This document shows positions 34,454 through 48,019 of a DNA stretch of 64,000 bases, piece by piece. Below the pieces are notes generated by a model. The model did no database searches and was not told the origin of the DNA. It saw only the letters and a list, made by a program, of their open reading frames with translations. This DNA is from Hydrolagus colliei (Eukaryota). The translations under genes and the position numbers were made by a program. The stretch covers positions 3,038,001 to 3,102,000 of the forward strand of contig CM068771.1 of the NCBI GenBank assembly GCA_035084275.1. The letters are read 5' to 3'. Position 1 is the stretch's first letter. Each line of letters begins with the position of its first letter.

Positions 34454-37167
34454 CTGCAGGAAAAACACCATCATTTTATTTCATTTGAAGGAATTATTAC
34501 ATTGCGGAAATATGATCCAACATAAAGCCAGAATCCTACTGACTGCAAGGTAAACAGAAGCATGTGGAGTATGTCAGATTGCCCAACACTTTTCCATCTG
34601 GAAATCAAACCTACGTCTCTCCCTTATGAGGAGTGTGCACCAATCATTGAGCAACAAATAACCATTCAGATGAAAGCAGCAATAATAGTAATTCTTGCAT
34701 TTGTTGACAAACATGATACACATCATTGAGATGTCTCAAAGTGGTTCACGTTGTACACTGTAATGTAATTTGAATGCGCATTTTTTGTGTTGAAATATGT
34801 AGCCAGTGGTGCAGAGTAGTGTCCCACAAACATGCATGGAGTGAGTGACCAATTTTATTTTGGGGATTTGTTGGCCAGTACACCTGATGATACAGATCAT
34901 GACTTTAGTTTAATCTCTCATCTGAAGGACAGAACATCCAAAAATCTCCACCCTCACCAGCACTGCCTACATTGGAGTGACATCTCAGCCAATGTGATTC
35001 GAAGTCTTGATGTGGGCTTGGAACCACAACTCAATGAGAATTCCATCAGAAGATTTGGCTTCAGCAAAACAAGCAGCATACTGACATAGATTATTGATAG
35101 TTTAGTTTTTCAACACTAAATACTTTTTAAAATATCATTCTATATGTATCACATCCTCTCAGAAACATTAACGTTACAACTTTGCCCTTCGAAGCTGAGA
35201 AGTTGCATCTTGCCATATTGTGAAAAAATTGTTCTTCATCGAATGTCTTATTCCATGACGGCAAATGAAGCACATTCTACACTGTACAGTTAGAGATGTG
35301 TCTATTTTTATATAGATAACCTGTACAACCTTCAATAAATGAAGGAGATCCACTCACCCAATATTTGCTGTTAGCTTATCCTGCAAGCTTGCTCTCCTCC
35401 TCACCACACCTAGTACACTAACAATACTATCCTTATCAGCAAACTCCCTGTATGTTTCGAGGTGTACCTTGACATTACTAATGTGCACACATTCACATAA
35501 ACAGACTTCAGTTATACAGGCATATTGAAGCATTAATAACTCACACTCATACCTGTACCATGCCCCAGGATCAGAAAAGATAATTTGAGTTGAAATATCC
35601 AAAGTGGGTTTTAACCCGCACTCTTCTGATTGACAGGTGGCAGTATCTTAAAAACGCTGCTGCCAAGGATACACACCTCCCATTGATCCAGTCTCAGATC
35701 ATTCGATCTTGGGTTTTGAAGCCTCATGTTGGAAAACAGAGTTCCCAACAATCACCACCCATCCAATTATCTCTTCCATCTCTACTTTCAAACTTCATCT
35801 AGCACTGCAAAACCCAATTTTGACCCCTCCAACCTCACAAGTTATGGTCCCACATCTAACACGCACCCTTGGCATGTTGATGCTGTGCCCACAGCACAGA
35901 GACTGTGCTTCTGAAAGTCACAATCCATGTTCTATCTCTGTCATCAGTGTTCCCTCTGCCTCTCTAACCTTTGGACTCAGCTACCCCAAACAACAAATTC
36001 TACTATGTTATCAAATAGCTTAATGGTTGCAGCATTTGCCTCACAAGAGACGAGAGGACTTGAGTTTCATTCTAGAGAACTGTGTGATGTTATGAAATTC
36101 ACTTATTTCACACGATTCACTGTTTATCGAGCAGCAAGAAGGAATATGGTTGTTCGGCGATTGGTGGATCGCTTTTCTGGGGATAACTTTCCCTCAAAAC
36201 CTTGGGAAACTTTCCTTGCTTCACATCGCTGATAACTATTTCTCGTAACAAACAATAATAAATTGGCCATTTCAATCCATAGCTTTTTGTGTGGCACTGT
36301 TTTGCACAATTGGCTGTGCCTCTAAGTAAATTCATAATTCACAAGTCAATTCCATTTATAGTATGTGTTGTGAAGCACTTTGAGATGCCTAGAAGTTCTA
36401 TGTCAAAGGAAACATTATTAATAATAGTGTAATATAATTACTAGATAATAATACACTAATAATAACTATGAATTATAATTATAGTGCAATATATAATACA
36501 TAATTATTAATAATAGTGTTCAGTACATACATAAAATTATTTGGTCACACAATTCAGCATGGTTTGTTCTACACCGCTGTGCACATTTTGCTAGCACATT
36601 TGCCCCACCAAAATGCAGTAAATTCAGTTGAAAGTGTATTCTCTGAAGATAATGTATTCTCTCCTGTTTTGAGATGTCATGAAGGCACGATTACAGTACT
36701 ACCATCAACATAGGGACAAAGTTTTATCTTCCTCCAATGACTTCCTCCACTTTCGTGGGACTAAAAGCTCTGTCCTTCACCTCTGCCACATTGTTACCTT
36801 TTCACTGCACCTCAACCAAAATACAGTTTGGTTGTATGCCTTGAACATGTGATTGTCATCTCCCACCTCGATTACTCAAACAACCTTCTCACCGGTCTCC
36901 CCAGCTACACTATCCACAAAATCCAGTTAAACCTGACTACCACAACCCTACACCACTACACTGTATTCCGTTCCCCCACCACTGCAGTCCATGGCGGGCT
37001 CCAATGGCTCTCTATCACTCAAATGATAGAATTGACGATGCTCATTCTCTAACACTGGTGATCAGGCTGGTTGCTCTCCTCCAGTAATAAAGATATCACT
37101 GCCAGTTACATGGTCACAGCTGTGAGACCCATCTTTGCCCGAGTGTGAGTTATTTGGAATGGCTTAC

Positions 37168-37231
37168 CAGGAATACCAATGAATCCCAGCAGAGGATAGA
37201 ACACTTTTATTATTTCTATCAACCCCACCAT
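37168..37231 (-). CDS. GPCR1 exon 1 (MVGLIEIIKVFYPLLGFIGIP)
   Basis: 64 nt, G|GTAAGC donor, in phase with exon 2; supplies the first half of TM1; three homologous copies in the window. Confidence 0.85.
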
Positions 37232-38439
37232 TCTCAACCAGTGCTGGCTTCCTTCTGCTAAAGCTTAAAAACTACACCCCAACTACATCGCTCCAGAGCT
37301 TCCACTCCTTTTTGTAGCTGTGACTCAGGTCCGCTGGGATGTAGATTGCCAAAGCACGAAGTCACCTTCTCATCTGAAAACAACATCTAACAGCAGCTGC
37401 TTTCACGCCATTCCCCCACATAATGCCCTTATTTCCAAGAAAAAAAAGAACTACAAGAATAAACAAAGCAAGCGAGATACTGGGCTCCATCTTTGGATGT
37501 GTTGAATTCATGTACAGAGCAGATAGTCTCAAATTGCAGTTTGAGGTTTGTTCATTGAAGTACGGCATAGAGTTCTGATCAGGATCCAGATTGATTAATT
37601 AGAAATCAGTATCGAAAGGAATTATTAGCAGAAGGAGTGTTCCTGCTCCTCATCTCTCTCATTTGTACATGTTTGTGTGTACCTGTTGGCGACACAAATC
37701 AACTTCTTCTCTATCTGCAACTCGCAGTCCACTCATGTCTGGTCAGCTTGTTTTCCAGACATCAAGGCCTGGAGCAGCAGGAATTCCCAACAGCTGAATG
37801 TCGGCAAAATTAAAATTCCATCTTCTTTGTCTCTCAACAACATATTCTCTCCTGCAGGCAGAATAACAACTGCCAAATTACATTTGTATAACGCCTTTCA
37901 CATCAAGAGGAAATACAACAACAACCACAAGATTACACTTTCATAGCACTTTTCACATCAATAGAATGTCCTACGTTACTGAAATACCTAGGCACTCGGC
38001 TTCAGTGCTTCAGACCCAAACTGGGGTCAGGATCGGGGTGTGTTTAGGGAAGGAGGGAAAAGGTTGTTAAAGATTGTATGGTCACATAGGAGGTCCTTGA
38101 GGCGATACTTAAAGGACCCCAATGCCTGTAGAGCTCCTCTTGTTCAGTGATTAGAGCACTCGCCTTACAAACGTGAGACCAGGCAGATCAAGGCAAATCC
38201 TTGGGCCAGTTTCTTACTCCACATGTTTAATAATAATCCGTCCAAAAACAAAAATAATGATAAAAATTGGTCATTTCAATCCATCACTGATTGTGGGACT
38301 CTTCTGCGCAAACTTCGCTGCCATGTTTTGCCGACAATTAATCAATGAGTTCACTGTACATTATATTCTGTGAAGCACTTTGAGATGTTGATAAGATGTG
38401 AAAAGTTCTGTATCAAATGCAAGGATTATTATTATTATT

Positions 38440-41400
38440 ATTTTCAAAAACAATGTAATACTGACTACCTGCCCGGCTACTGGTCTCTCTCTGGCTTTCT
38501 CTCTGGCTCGCTCTCTGCCTCTCTCTGGCTCTGTCTTTGGCTCTCTCTGGCTCTCTCTTGCTCTCTCTCTGGCTCTCTCTCTGCCTCTCTCTGGCTCACT
38601 CCCGAGCGCCATTGTGCCCCCTTTCCACCCGTTGGCAAATGACACAATAGCGACCGTCGCCACGTTAAATGGAAATACGTTCCCAACGTATTAGCAACGT
38701 AATGACGAAACAACGTCAACCTATACTTTGTGACGCGCTTTGAGGCGTCTTAGAGGGCGCTACATCAAATGCAAGGATTAATATAGTTTATTATCATTAA
38801 AGGAATGAATGTTCCTGTGCGTTGTTTATTGTTCAAGAGCAAACGACTGGGGGTTGCCCCAGCGAGCTGTCTCGTAAATCAACCAATGTACCTTCTAACA
38901 AGTTAATAGATTCCTTACTCCCACAAGAATAGACTGAATAGGCCGACGTGAAAGGCGCTCTATAAATGTAATATGTTGTTATAGTGTTAGGATTTGCAGA
39001 GGTAGGGTGAAACAAGGCCACAGATGGTTTAATTCAATATAACCTTTGAATGTATCCTTTGGGTTAGGGTTAGGTCTAATGGTTGTCATACTCATTATGG
39101 GTAATAAAGCCTTGGTCAAGCCACATGACCCAGGGTCAAGTCGAGTCAGCAGATCTCAGCTGACCAGTTCAGCTCGATATCAGGAGAGCAGGATAACGAA
39201 CAGAGAGAAATAACCAAATAATAGAGAGAAATATATTCTGCATTGAAAGACTGAAATTGACAGATTTCTTATGGATACAGAGATTAAGAGATATGCGGAT
39301 AAGGCGGGGGCAGGTGTAGTTAGATTAGAAGATCAGCCATAATCTTATTGAATGGCGTGGCAGGCTCAATGGGCCGAATGGCCTACCCCTGCTCTTTATT
39401 CTTATGTAGAATAAATCTGGCTAAAATACAAAAGTAACAGGTTGAATTTGATGAGAAGTATCAGGCAACACAGACAAGGTTTAAAGACAGAATACAGATA
39501 ATGTAGGGTAAGTTTCTAGATGCGGAAAGGAGTAAGGAACAATTCTATCAACAGTTGCTACCAGGAAAAGAGGATATGATAGGTTATATGGATGCCCGTA
39601 TTGCAGAATTATGTAGTACAGTGAATCTCAACAGTGTGTGGTAACGATGGCTAAACAACAGGGGAGCGAGTTCGTTGCCAAAGCTCAGCAATATGAGGAA
39701 TTGGAAAACATGGCAGTCTTGCTAAAATACAAGCTGGAGGATGCACAGTCTGCACATAGAAATAGACATGAATAGAGAATTCCCATTTGGAGATCACAAA
39801 CAGTGCCAGAAAATAATAATAATGCTTGCATTCTATACAGCACTTTTCACATCTTATTGACGACTCCATGCACTTCACAGAATACACTGTGAAGTGAATT
39901 GACTGTATATAAGGCTGTGAGACCACTTGCCTTATAAGCGTGAGAATTGCTTTTGAATCCAGGCAGATCAGGGCAAAATCTAGGGCAAGTTTCCTACTCC
40001 ACACGCTTACAGTACATTCTGCGAAGTGCTTTGAGGCTTGCTGTTGGGTTGACGGACATGGAGCAGGCCATATGCTGTGGGAGCTGTGGGAGCGGACAGT
40101 TTGGCAAAGAGTTATGAATCATTCCAGGGGATGGAGAGGAAAGGGAGTTTGGAGATGGTGTGGTAGATGGAGAATAGGGATGGGTCCAAGGAAAGCTGTA
40201 TCAGAATGGTGAAGACAACTGTAGTTAAGTGGCTGGGAACAGCGCCAGTGGATAATGAGAGTTTGATGTCAATTGGGAGAGAAGCCAGGAGGTGGAGCTG
40301 GGAGGTGAGGAGGCAGTTGAGCAAGAGGTGGTGAGGCAGTTGACGGAGCAGTGAAAGGTTACATTTTGGTGAAAAGAGAGGTGAGAGAGGAAGGAAAGTT
40401 ACAAGCGATGAGACAGTAGTGGTGGACGGGGTAGAAGTCGCTTAACGGATACACTCGATTTGGGATTTGAGGATGTTCAGCAGCTCCTCACAAGTGGAAT
40501 TGGAGAAGAGGCATGGGAAGGTTGATGAAGGTGGCGATCCTTGGCCTCCAAGATTATCTTAGAGCAGATGAAAAATTTGGCAGAGGTTAGGCAGAGCAGC
40601 GGATCTTGGTGTGATGAAGCCAAATCTTCTGATGGACTCCTGATTTGGATGGGGGTTTGGCAGCTCACAGTTGAGAGATTAGAGAAGGCTGGGGTACCAA
40701 TGGGATTTATGGTATATGAAGTAGTTCATAGGTAAGCAGGGCCAGGCAGATAAGGTTGGAGGAGATAGTTGGTTTGGTCTATAAGGGCCAGATGGGCAGG
40801 ACTTCAGATGACTCCAGGGCAGTGGAATGAGGAAGAGAGATTTTCCAAACTAGAGATTCAAGCACACAGAATTTTTTGAAGGTGGCAGGATAGGTTGACA
40901 AAGCTGTACAAGAAACACATGGGATTCTTGGCTTTGCAAATATAGGGATAGCGTATAAAAGCATGGAGGTTATGTTGAATCTTTAGAAATCATTGGTTAG
41001 TCCTGAGCGGGAGTATAGTGTCCAATGCTATGGCTTGGAAAACCTGTTTCCTTTGGTGTGTTCGTTGATACCAGAGGACATAGTTTCTTCCTATTTACTT
41101 CATCAAACCCTGTGCGGGTGGGATACTTCAACTAAATTAGGCCTTAAATTTCTCTGATCTAAGGAAAACAATCCCAGACTCTCTTGTCTCTCCACACAAT
41201 CTAAATATCTTATCGCTAGATTCATTCAGGTGAATATACTTTTCGAACATCTTTCCTAAATTGGCAAAATAATCAGAAGACAGACGAGAAGAATTTGTTA
41301 AGCCCAGAGATTTGATATGATCTAATATTCACTGTCTGCAGTGTGCTGGAAGCAGATTGGATAGTAGCGACCAAAAGAAATAACATAATGACTTGAAAAT

Positions 41401-43354
41401 AAAATATATGCACGGCTATAGGAAAAGTTCTGGACTTCTTTCAAAGAGCAAGCATGTACATGATGGGCCAAATGTCTTTCTGTTGTACTGCAACATTCTA
41501 GAAAAGATACGAAACATGACTAAATCAGTTTTGAAGTCTCTTCTCCCAAATCAGGTTCCCAAAGCCGGCTATAATTGAAATTATCTTTCGACTTTTGTTC
41601 AGCTGGGACTATCACACCAGTCAAGGCTTTGGCTTTCAGAGTTCACTGGAGATAATTGGAACAAATAATCCTCTCATTATTGTCCCTTGCAGCCCTGAAA
41701 ATGAGCCAAGCTGGCTGTCCGGTCACCTGCATTGCCCAACAAGACTGAGGGACCCACTTGGCTCAGTACTGAAGGGATGTGATATTAAGGAGGTAGAGTA
41801 TTAATTGTTTATTTAATCCACACATAAATCAAAAACCTACATCAGTTCTCTTTCAAATATTAAAAATCTCATAGCATTGAATGTTGCTCTGTTTGATGTC
41901 TAGATGCTTCCTCTCGACATTGTCATCTGCAGACATGAGGTCAACATTCACATGTATGTGGATGATACCGTGCTGTGAATCCATGTCCGCTGATGTTCTT
42001 TCAGCTTCTTTGACAAAGTTTCTGCAGCTGAATGTCAGAAGCCATACTCCTTGGCTGCAGTCAATGTTTTCTTTCCTGTGGGTCTGAAAACCTCAACCTC
42101 CCTGGGCTCCCCCTCAGAATCACCAAACTCAGTTTCAAAGACCAGCTTTCCTTTCTACTCCACATGAATTCACTGAACAAGCCCACTCATTCCACCGACA
42201 TCGCATTGCCCACCTCCATGCCTGCCCCACACCCACAGCAGTCAAAACCCTCATCAATGCGTTTGTCACATTTCAGCTGAACTATTCACCTGCCCTCCTC
42301 GCTGGACTCCCCAGCTCCATCGTTTCTCACCTCGTACTGACTCGGTGTCTGACTGTCAAAAGCTACACGATGCTGCACTAGGTGAAAGAGATTCATAGAG
42401 ATTCATAGCATTTTAAGGCACAAAAGGAGGCCATTCGGCCCATCTGGTCTGTGCCGGCTCTTTGAAATGATCGATTCAATCCCACTGCCCTGCCCACTCC
42501 CCATAGCCTAATAGACCTGTTCTCCCTAAATAAATATCTAATTCCCTTTTAAAAGTTGTTATCGAATCAGCCTCCACCACCTTTTCAGGCAATGCATTCC
42601 AGATTCGAACAACTCGCTGAGTGAAAAAAATTCTCCTCAGCTCCCCTTTACTTCACCTTGAAACTATTTTAAATCTGTGACCACGAGTCACAGATTCGCC
42701 TACGAGTGGAAATAGTTTTTCTCTATTTGCCCCGTCGAAACCCCTCATGATCTTATAAACCTCTATTAGGTCTCCCCTCAATCTTCTCTGCTCCAGAGAG
42801 AATAACCCTAGCCTATCTAGCTTCTCCTCATAGCTGAAGTCCCTCAATCCTGGCACCATCCTAGTAAATCTTCTTTGTACCCTTTCCAATGTCTTCACAT
42901 CCTTTCTGTAGTGTGGTGACCAGAATTGAACACAGTATTCCAGCTGAGGCCTCACCAAAGTTTTATAGAGGTTAGTCAGCACTTCCTAACTTTTGTACTC
43001 TATACCCCTATTTATAAAGCCTAGTATTCCATATGCCTTCTTAACAGCCTTGTCTACCTGTCCTGCCACCTTCAACGAGTCACTAACACAAAACTCCAGG
43101 TCTCTCTGTTCTTTCACACCGTTTAAAATTGTACTATCTAGCCTATATTGCCTCCCTTCATTTCTTATCCCAAAATGCATCACCTCACACTTCTCTGCAT
43201 TAGACTTCATCTGCCATGTGAAACTGCATGAATGCATATTTTGTTGTTGCTGTTGGTTTGTCAGTATGTTTTGAGAACTTAGCATCTGTATTCCTTGGCT
43301 GCAATAAACACCTTCTCCCCTTATGCACTGACCGACTCAAACTATGCAGAGTAA
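38440..43354. other. Segmental duplication block B
   Basis: Mosaic of 23535-24350, 24700-24735 and 28638-32189, plus a private CR1 insertion. Confidence 0.88.
42388..43222 (-). mobile_element. Young CR1 3' segment private to block B
   Basis: About 95% similar by eye to 32620-33450; absent at the homologous site in block A (32050-32065). Confidence 0.92.
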
Positions 43355-43638
43355 ATATTAATCTTTCTTTGTCACAGTTCCCACCCAAAGAATGTTCGCT
43401 TTAGTTTACAGGAATGAATGAATTAGTATTTCTGCTGACTGTGAACAGTCTGTCTCTCCAGGTCTTGTCAATGAAATATACTGGTTGGTCTATTGCCAGC
43501 TGTGCATCGACTAACATGGAGTCCACAACAAATGATGGAATCAATTTAACTAGTCCACTGTAAGGCAAAATAAAGAATAAGCCAGTGCAGATCACATTCC
43601 CAGGGAAATGTATGATTGTATCTGTGTCTTTTCTGCAG

Positions 43639-44543
43639 CGATCTCTTTGACCATTGTGGTCCTGGCCCAGGGAATGGGTGGACTCTCCAAATGTGTAACT
43701 CGATACCTTGTAGCTATGGCTGTTGCTGATCTGCTGGTCGTAGTTTTCGATGTGATCCTGTACGAGACACTTAATATTCACAGTCCTTATTCACCCATAC
43801 ATCAGACAGCCATTTGCCGTCCACATCTGACACTTTGCTTCATTGTTATTGATAGTTCTGTCTGGCTGACCATGGCCTTCACCTTTGACCGTTTCATTGC
43901 CATCTGCTGTCAAAGGCTCAAAACCCAATACTGCACTGAGAGGACAGCGGGCATGGTCATCTGGACAATCTGTGCAGGTTTGTGCTTGGAGAACATCCCC
44001 CTGTATTTCATCTACAAACCACGGCTGGTAGTCAATGGGCAGCCATGGTACTGTTCTGTTAAACCTATTATTTACACCTCTCCTGCCTGGAGAGTATTTG
44101 CCTGGTTGGAAATTTTTGCAAATCCACTGCTTCCCTTCATCCTCATCCTCCTCTTCAACACCTTGACCATCAGGCATGTGCTGGTGGCCAGCAGGGTACG
44201 CCAAGGTCTGCGGGGAGCTGCAAAAGGGAGGGACGAGGAGATGGAGAGTCGGCAGAAATCCATAATCCTGCTGTTTACCATCTCGGGCAGCTTTGTGTTG
44301 CTGTGGCTCACCTACATGGTCACCTACATCTTTGCGAGGGTAACGGAAGCCAAGCACATGCAGTCTGACTACAGCAGCCCGTTCACCAACGCTGAGCTGG
44401 TGGGTTACATGCTGCAGCGTCTGAGCTCCTGCTCCAACACCTTCATCTATGGTGTGACCCAGACCAAATTCAGGCAACAACTCATATCCATCATCACTTA
44501 CCCCATCACTCGCTTATTTGTCCACTCGTATAACACAACTTAG
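43639..44543 (+). CDS. Orphan GPCR2 exon 2; ORF intact but no exon 1 upstream on this strand
   Basis: Same family motifs; TTTTCTGCAG acceptor, phase 1; an in-frame ATG at 43608 reads through the acceptor. Confidence 0.85.
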
Positions 44544-46519
44544 CTTCTGCCTGGTCAACACAGACACTCACACTCATACTCAGACACACACACACAAAGA
44601 CACATGCACACATACACAGACACACAGACACATATATATATATGAAATCTTGTGGAATCGTTCTGTATTCAAGAATTCTCTTCAATCTGTGTTTGGAATT
44701 CCAATTGTGAAAAACAGCTTTATGTCTCCTATGTAGTTGATTGTAATTGTTTTCTTGATATTCTGTTACCTCTGCCTGACTTTATTGAATTCCTCTTACC
44801 TGTATGTAATTAGTTTGAATTATGTGGGAAAAAATTACCTATGAAAAGGACAGATCTCCAAGAAGTTATACAGAAAGTTCTCAAAATATACTGACAAACC
44901 AATAGCAACTAAAAAAATTCATGTGTTGTCGTTCACCGAGTGTAGCATTGTGTAGTTTTTGACAGACGACATTGTGTCCTGCTAAAAAGTGACAAATGCG
45001 TCCATGAGTGTTTTGACTGCTGTGGGTGTGAGATAGGCTTGGAGGTGGGCAATGTGGTGGATGTGGGAAAGCGTGTTCCTGTTCAGGGAATAGATGTCAA
45101 TTGGAAAGGAAAGCTGGTCATTGTAACGGATGCCTAAATTGAGTTTGGTGATTCTCAGGGTGAACCCAGAGAGATTGAGATTTTCAGACCCACAGGAGAA
45201 AAAACACTGAGCGGAGCCAAGGAGTATGGCTTCCATTCTGCCGACATTGAGCTACTGAAAATTTGTCAAAGAAGCTGAAAGAACATCAGCGTACATGGAT
45301 TCACATGTGAATGTTAACCTGATGTCTGCAGATGACACTGTCGAGAGGAAGCATCTAGACATTAAACAGAGCAACATTCAATGCTATGAGCTTTTCAATA
45401 GTTGAAAGAGAACTGATTTTCAATTGATGTGTGGATTAAATAAATATATAATACTCTACCTCCTTGATATCACTGCATCTTGGCCCATCTTGTATATGCT
45501 TGTTCTTTCAATGAAGTCTAGAACTTGTCCTACAGCCCTGCACATTTTTTGTTTTCAAGTCATTAAGTTATTCCTTTCAGTAGCTACTGTCCAATCTGCT
45601 TCCACCACACTTCCAGGGAGTGAGTATCTGATCATAACTAAACACTGGGCAAGAAACAATCCACTTGCCTCCCCTCTGGTTATTTTGCCAATTTAGGAAT
45701 TATGTCAGCACCTTGGAAAGGATGCTAAGAATATTAACCTGAATCATTCTAGGGATCAGGGATTTAAATTGTGCGGAGAGGCTAGATGGGCTGGGATTCT
45801 TTCTCTTAGATCAGTGAAAATTTATTCGAAGTGTTCACAATCCTTGATGGGTTTTCATAAAGTAAACAGGGAGAAACTGTATCCTCTGGTTGTAGACCAT
45901 CACGTCGGAGAAACAGCCTTTCCAAGCCACAGAAGTGGACACAGTACTCCCGCTTTGGACTAACCAGTGGTATGTAAAGATTCAACATAACCTCCATGCT
46001 TTTATACACCATCCCAATATTTACAAAGCCAAGAAGCTCATGTGCTTTTTTCACAGCTTTGTCAAATTATCCAAAGATGTTTAAAAATGTATGCGTGCAT
46101 GAATCCCTGGGTCTCTCTGCTTGGAAAAATAATTCTCCCTTGCCCATTCCACTGTCCTGGAGTCAACTGAAGACCTGCCTGCCTGGCTCTGATAGACCAA
46201 TCTATTATCTCTTCCAACCTTGCCTGACATCCCTAACCTACAAACTGCCTCATTCACCATAAATCCCACTGGTACCCCAGCCTTCTCTGATCCCTCAAGG
46301 CAGAAGAGTGAACTGCCAAACGCCCCTGAAGCAAATCCAAATCAGGAGTCCTTTGGATGATTTGGCTTTATCACACTAAGATCTACTGCTCCGCCTACCT
46401 TCTGCTAAATATTTCTTCTATTCCAGGATAATCTTGGAGGCCAAGAATAACACCAGGCTCCACTTTGCCACCACTAAACACCACATTCATCAACCTGCCC
46501 ATGACCAAACATACGTATA

Positions 46520-47260
46520 TTAGATATTATACGTAAATTTTAAGCAAGCATTTGACAAAGTGCCACATAAAAGGATATTGCAGAAGGTTAAGGCCCATGG
46601 ATTTAATGGGAGCATATTATAATGCATTGAAGAGTGGCTAATGGGTAGAAAACAGAGAGTAGGGGTAAATGGGTCATTCTCAAATTGGCAGGATGTGACA
46701 AAACGATCAGTGCTTCGGCCTCAAATATTTTCAATTTTCATCAATGATCTAGACAAAGACATTGAATGTAGCATGTCTAAATTCGCAATTGACACCAAAC
46801 TGGGTGGGAGAGTAAGCTCTAAGGATGATGCAAAAAGATAGCAATGGGATATAGAAAGGCTAGCGAGTGGGCAAGGTAGTAAACCGTGGTAAACCGAGGT
46901 AGTAAAAATAGAAAAACAGATGATTTTGTAGAAGAGAAGAGGTTAGATAATGTCAGTGTTCAGAGGGATTTGGTGTCCTTGTACACCAGTCGCAAAAAGT
47001 TAGTTTGCCAGAACAGCAAACAACTAAGAAGACAAACATCATGTTAGCGTTCATTGCAAATGTTTAGAGTACAAGAGTAGGGAAGTCTTGCTGCAACTGT
47101 CTAGGTCCTTAATGAGACAAGACCTAGAATGTTGTGTGCAGTTTTGGTCTCCTTATTTAAAAAAAGGACAGACTTGCCTTCGAGCTGCTTCAGCGTAGAT
47201 TCACTGGGTTATTTCATGGGTTGAGGGGACGGACTAACCTACAAGATTGAATAAACTAGG
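46520..47260 (+). mobile_element. Old CR1 RT fragment
   Basis: FDKVPHKR...QRVGVNGSFSNWQDVT...FINDLDKDIECSMSKFA remnant with stops and frameshifts. Confidence 0.8.
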
Positions 47261-48019
47261 GCTGTAGTCGCTTATGTTGATGCTCCGCCCACAGCAGAAA
47301 CGTGTTTCTCAAAGTCACAATCTATGTTCTGTCTGTGTTAGCAGTGTTCCTTCTACCTCTCTATCCTTTGGAATTATCTGCACAACACAACAAATTCTAC
47401 CATGTTATCAAATAGCTTAATGGTAGGAGCATTTGCCTCACAATGGAGAGGATTTGTGATTCATTCTAGACCAGTGTGTGATGTTATGAAATTCCCTTAC
47501 TTCACAAGATTCTCTGTTTACCGAGCATCAAGTAGGAATACTGTTGTTCAGCGATTGGTGGATCGCTTTTCTGGGGATAGCTTTCTCTCAACACCTTGCC
47601 ACTAATTCAATTCACAATTCATTAGTCAATTAGTCAACACCTCTCCTTAGCTCCTTCAAGTCTCACCAGAAGACCTTCCTCTTCAAGTCCCATTGTAACC
47701 CCAAATCTCCACCGTTCCCTCCTCCTTTACATCCCCAACCCCAGCTTGGATCTGAAATAACGTCTGCCAGTACCTGGGACATTCTCCTGACGTGAAAGTT
47801 GCTATATAAGCATAATTGTGATGTCATTGCTGTTTATAGTATTTTTGTTCTGTATGTTCTGTTACTTTTCTCTGTATTTATTGAATTCTTCTATCCTGTA
47901 AGTAAATTGTGTGGATTATGTGCAAAATACTGATTTATATAACAGTGTATGAATAACTCTAGAGACTCCATGCTTTCAGTTATACACAAAGAGTATGAGT
48001 GAATGGATTTTTTCTGCAA

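Noticed and set aside
43791-44480. 229-aa antisense ORF over GPCR2, and similar shorter ORFs over GPCR1 and GPCR3
   Set aside because: Shadow frames of GC-rich coding sequence; their lengths are not conserved between paralogues.
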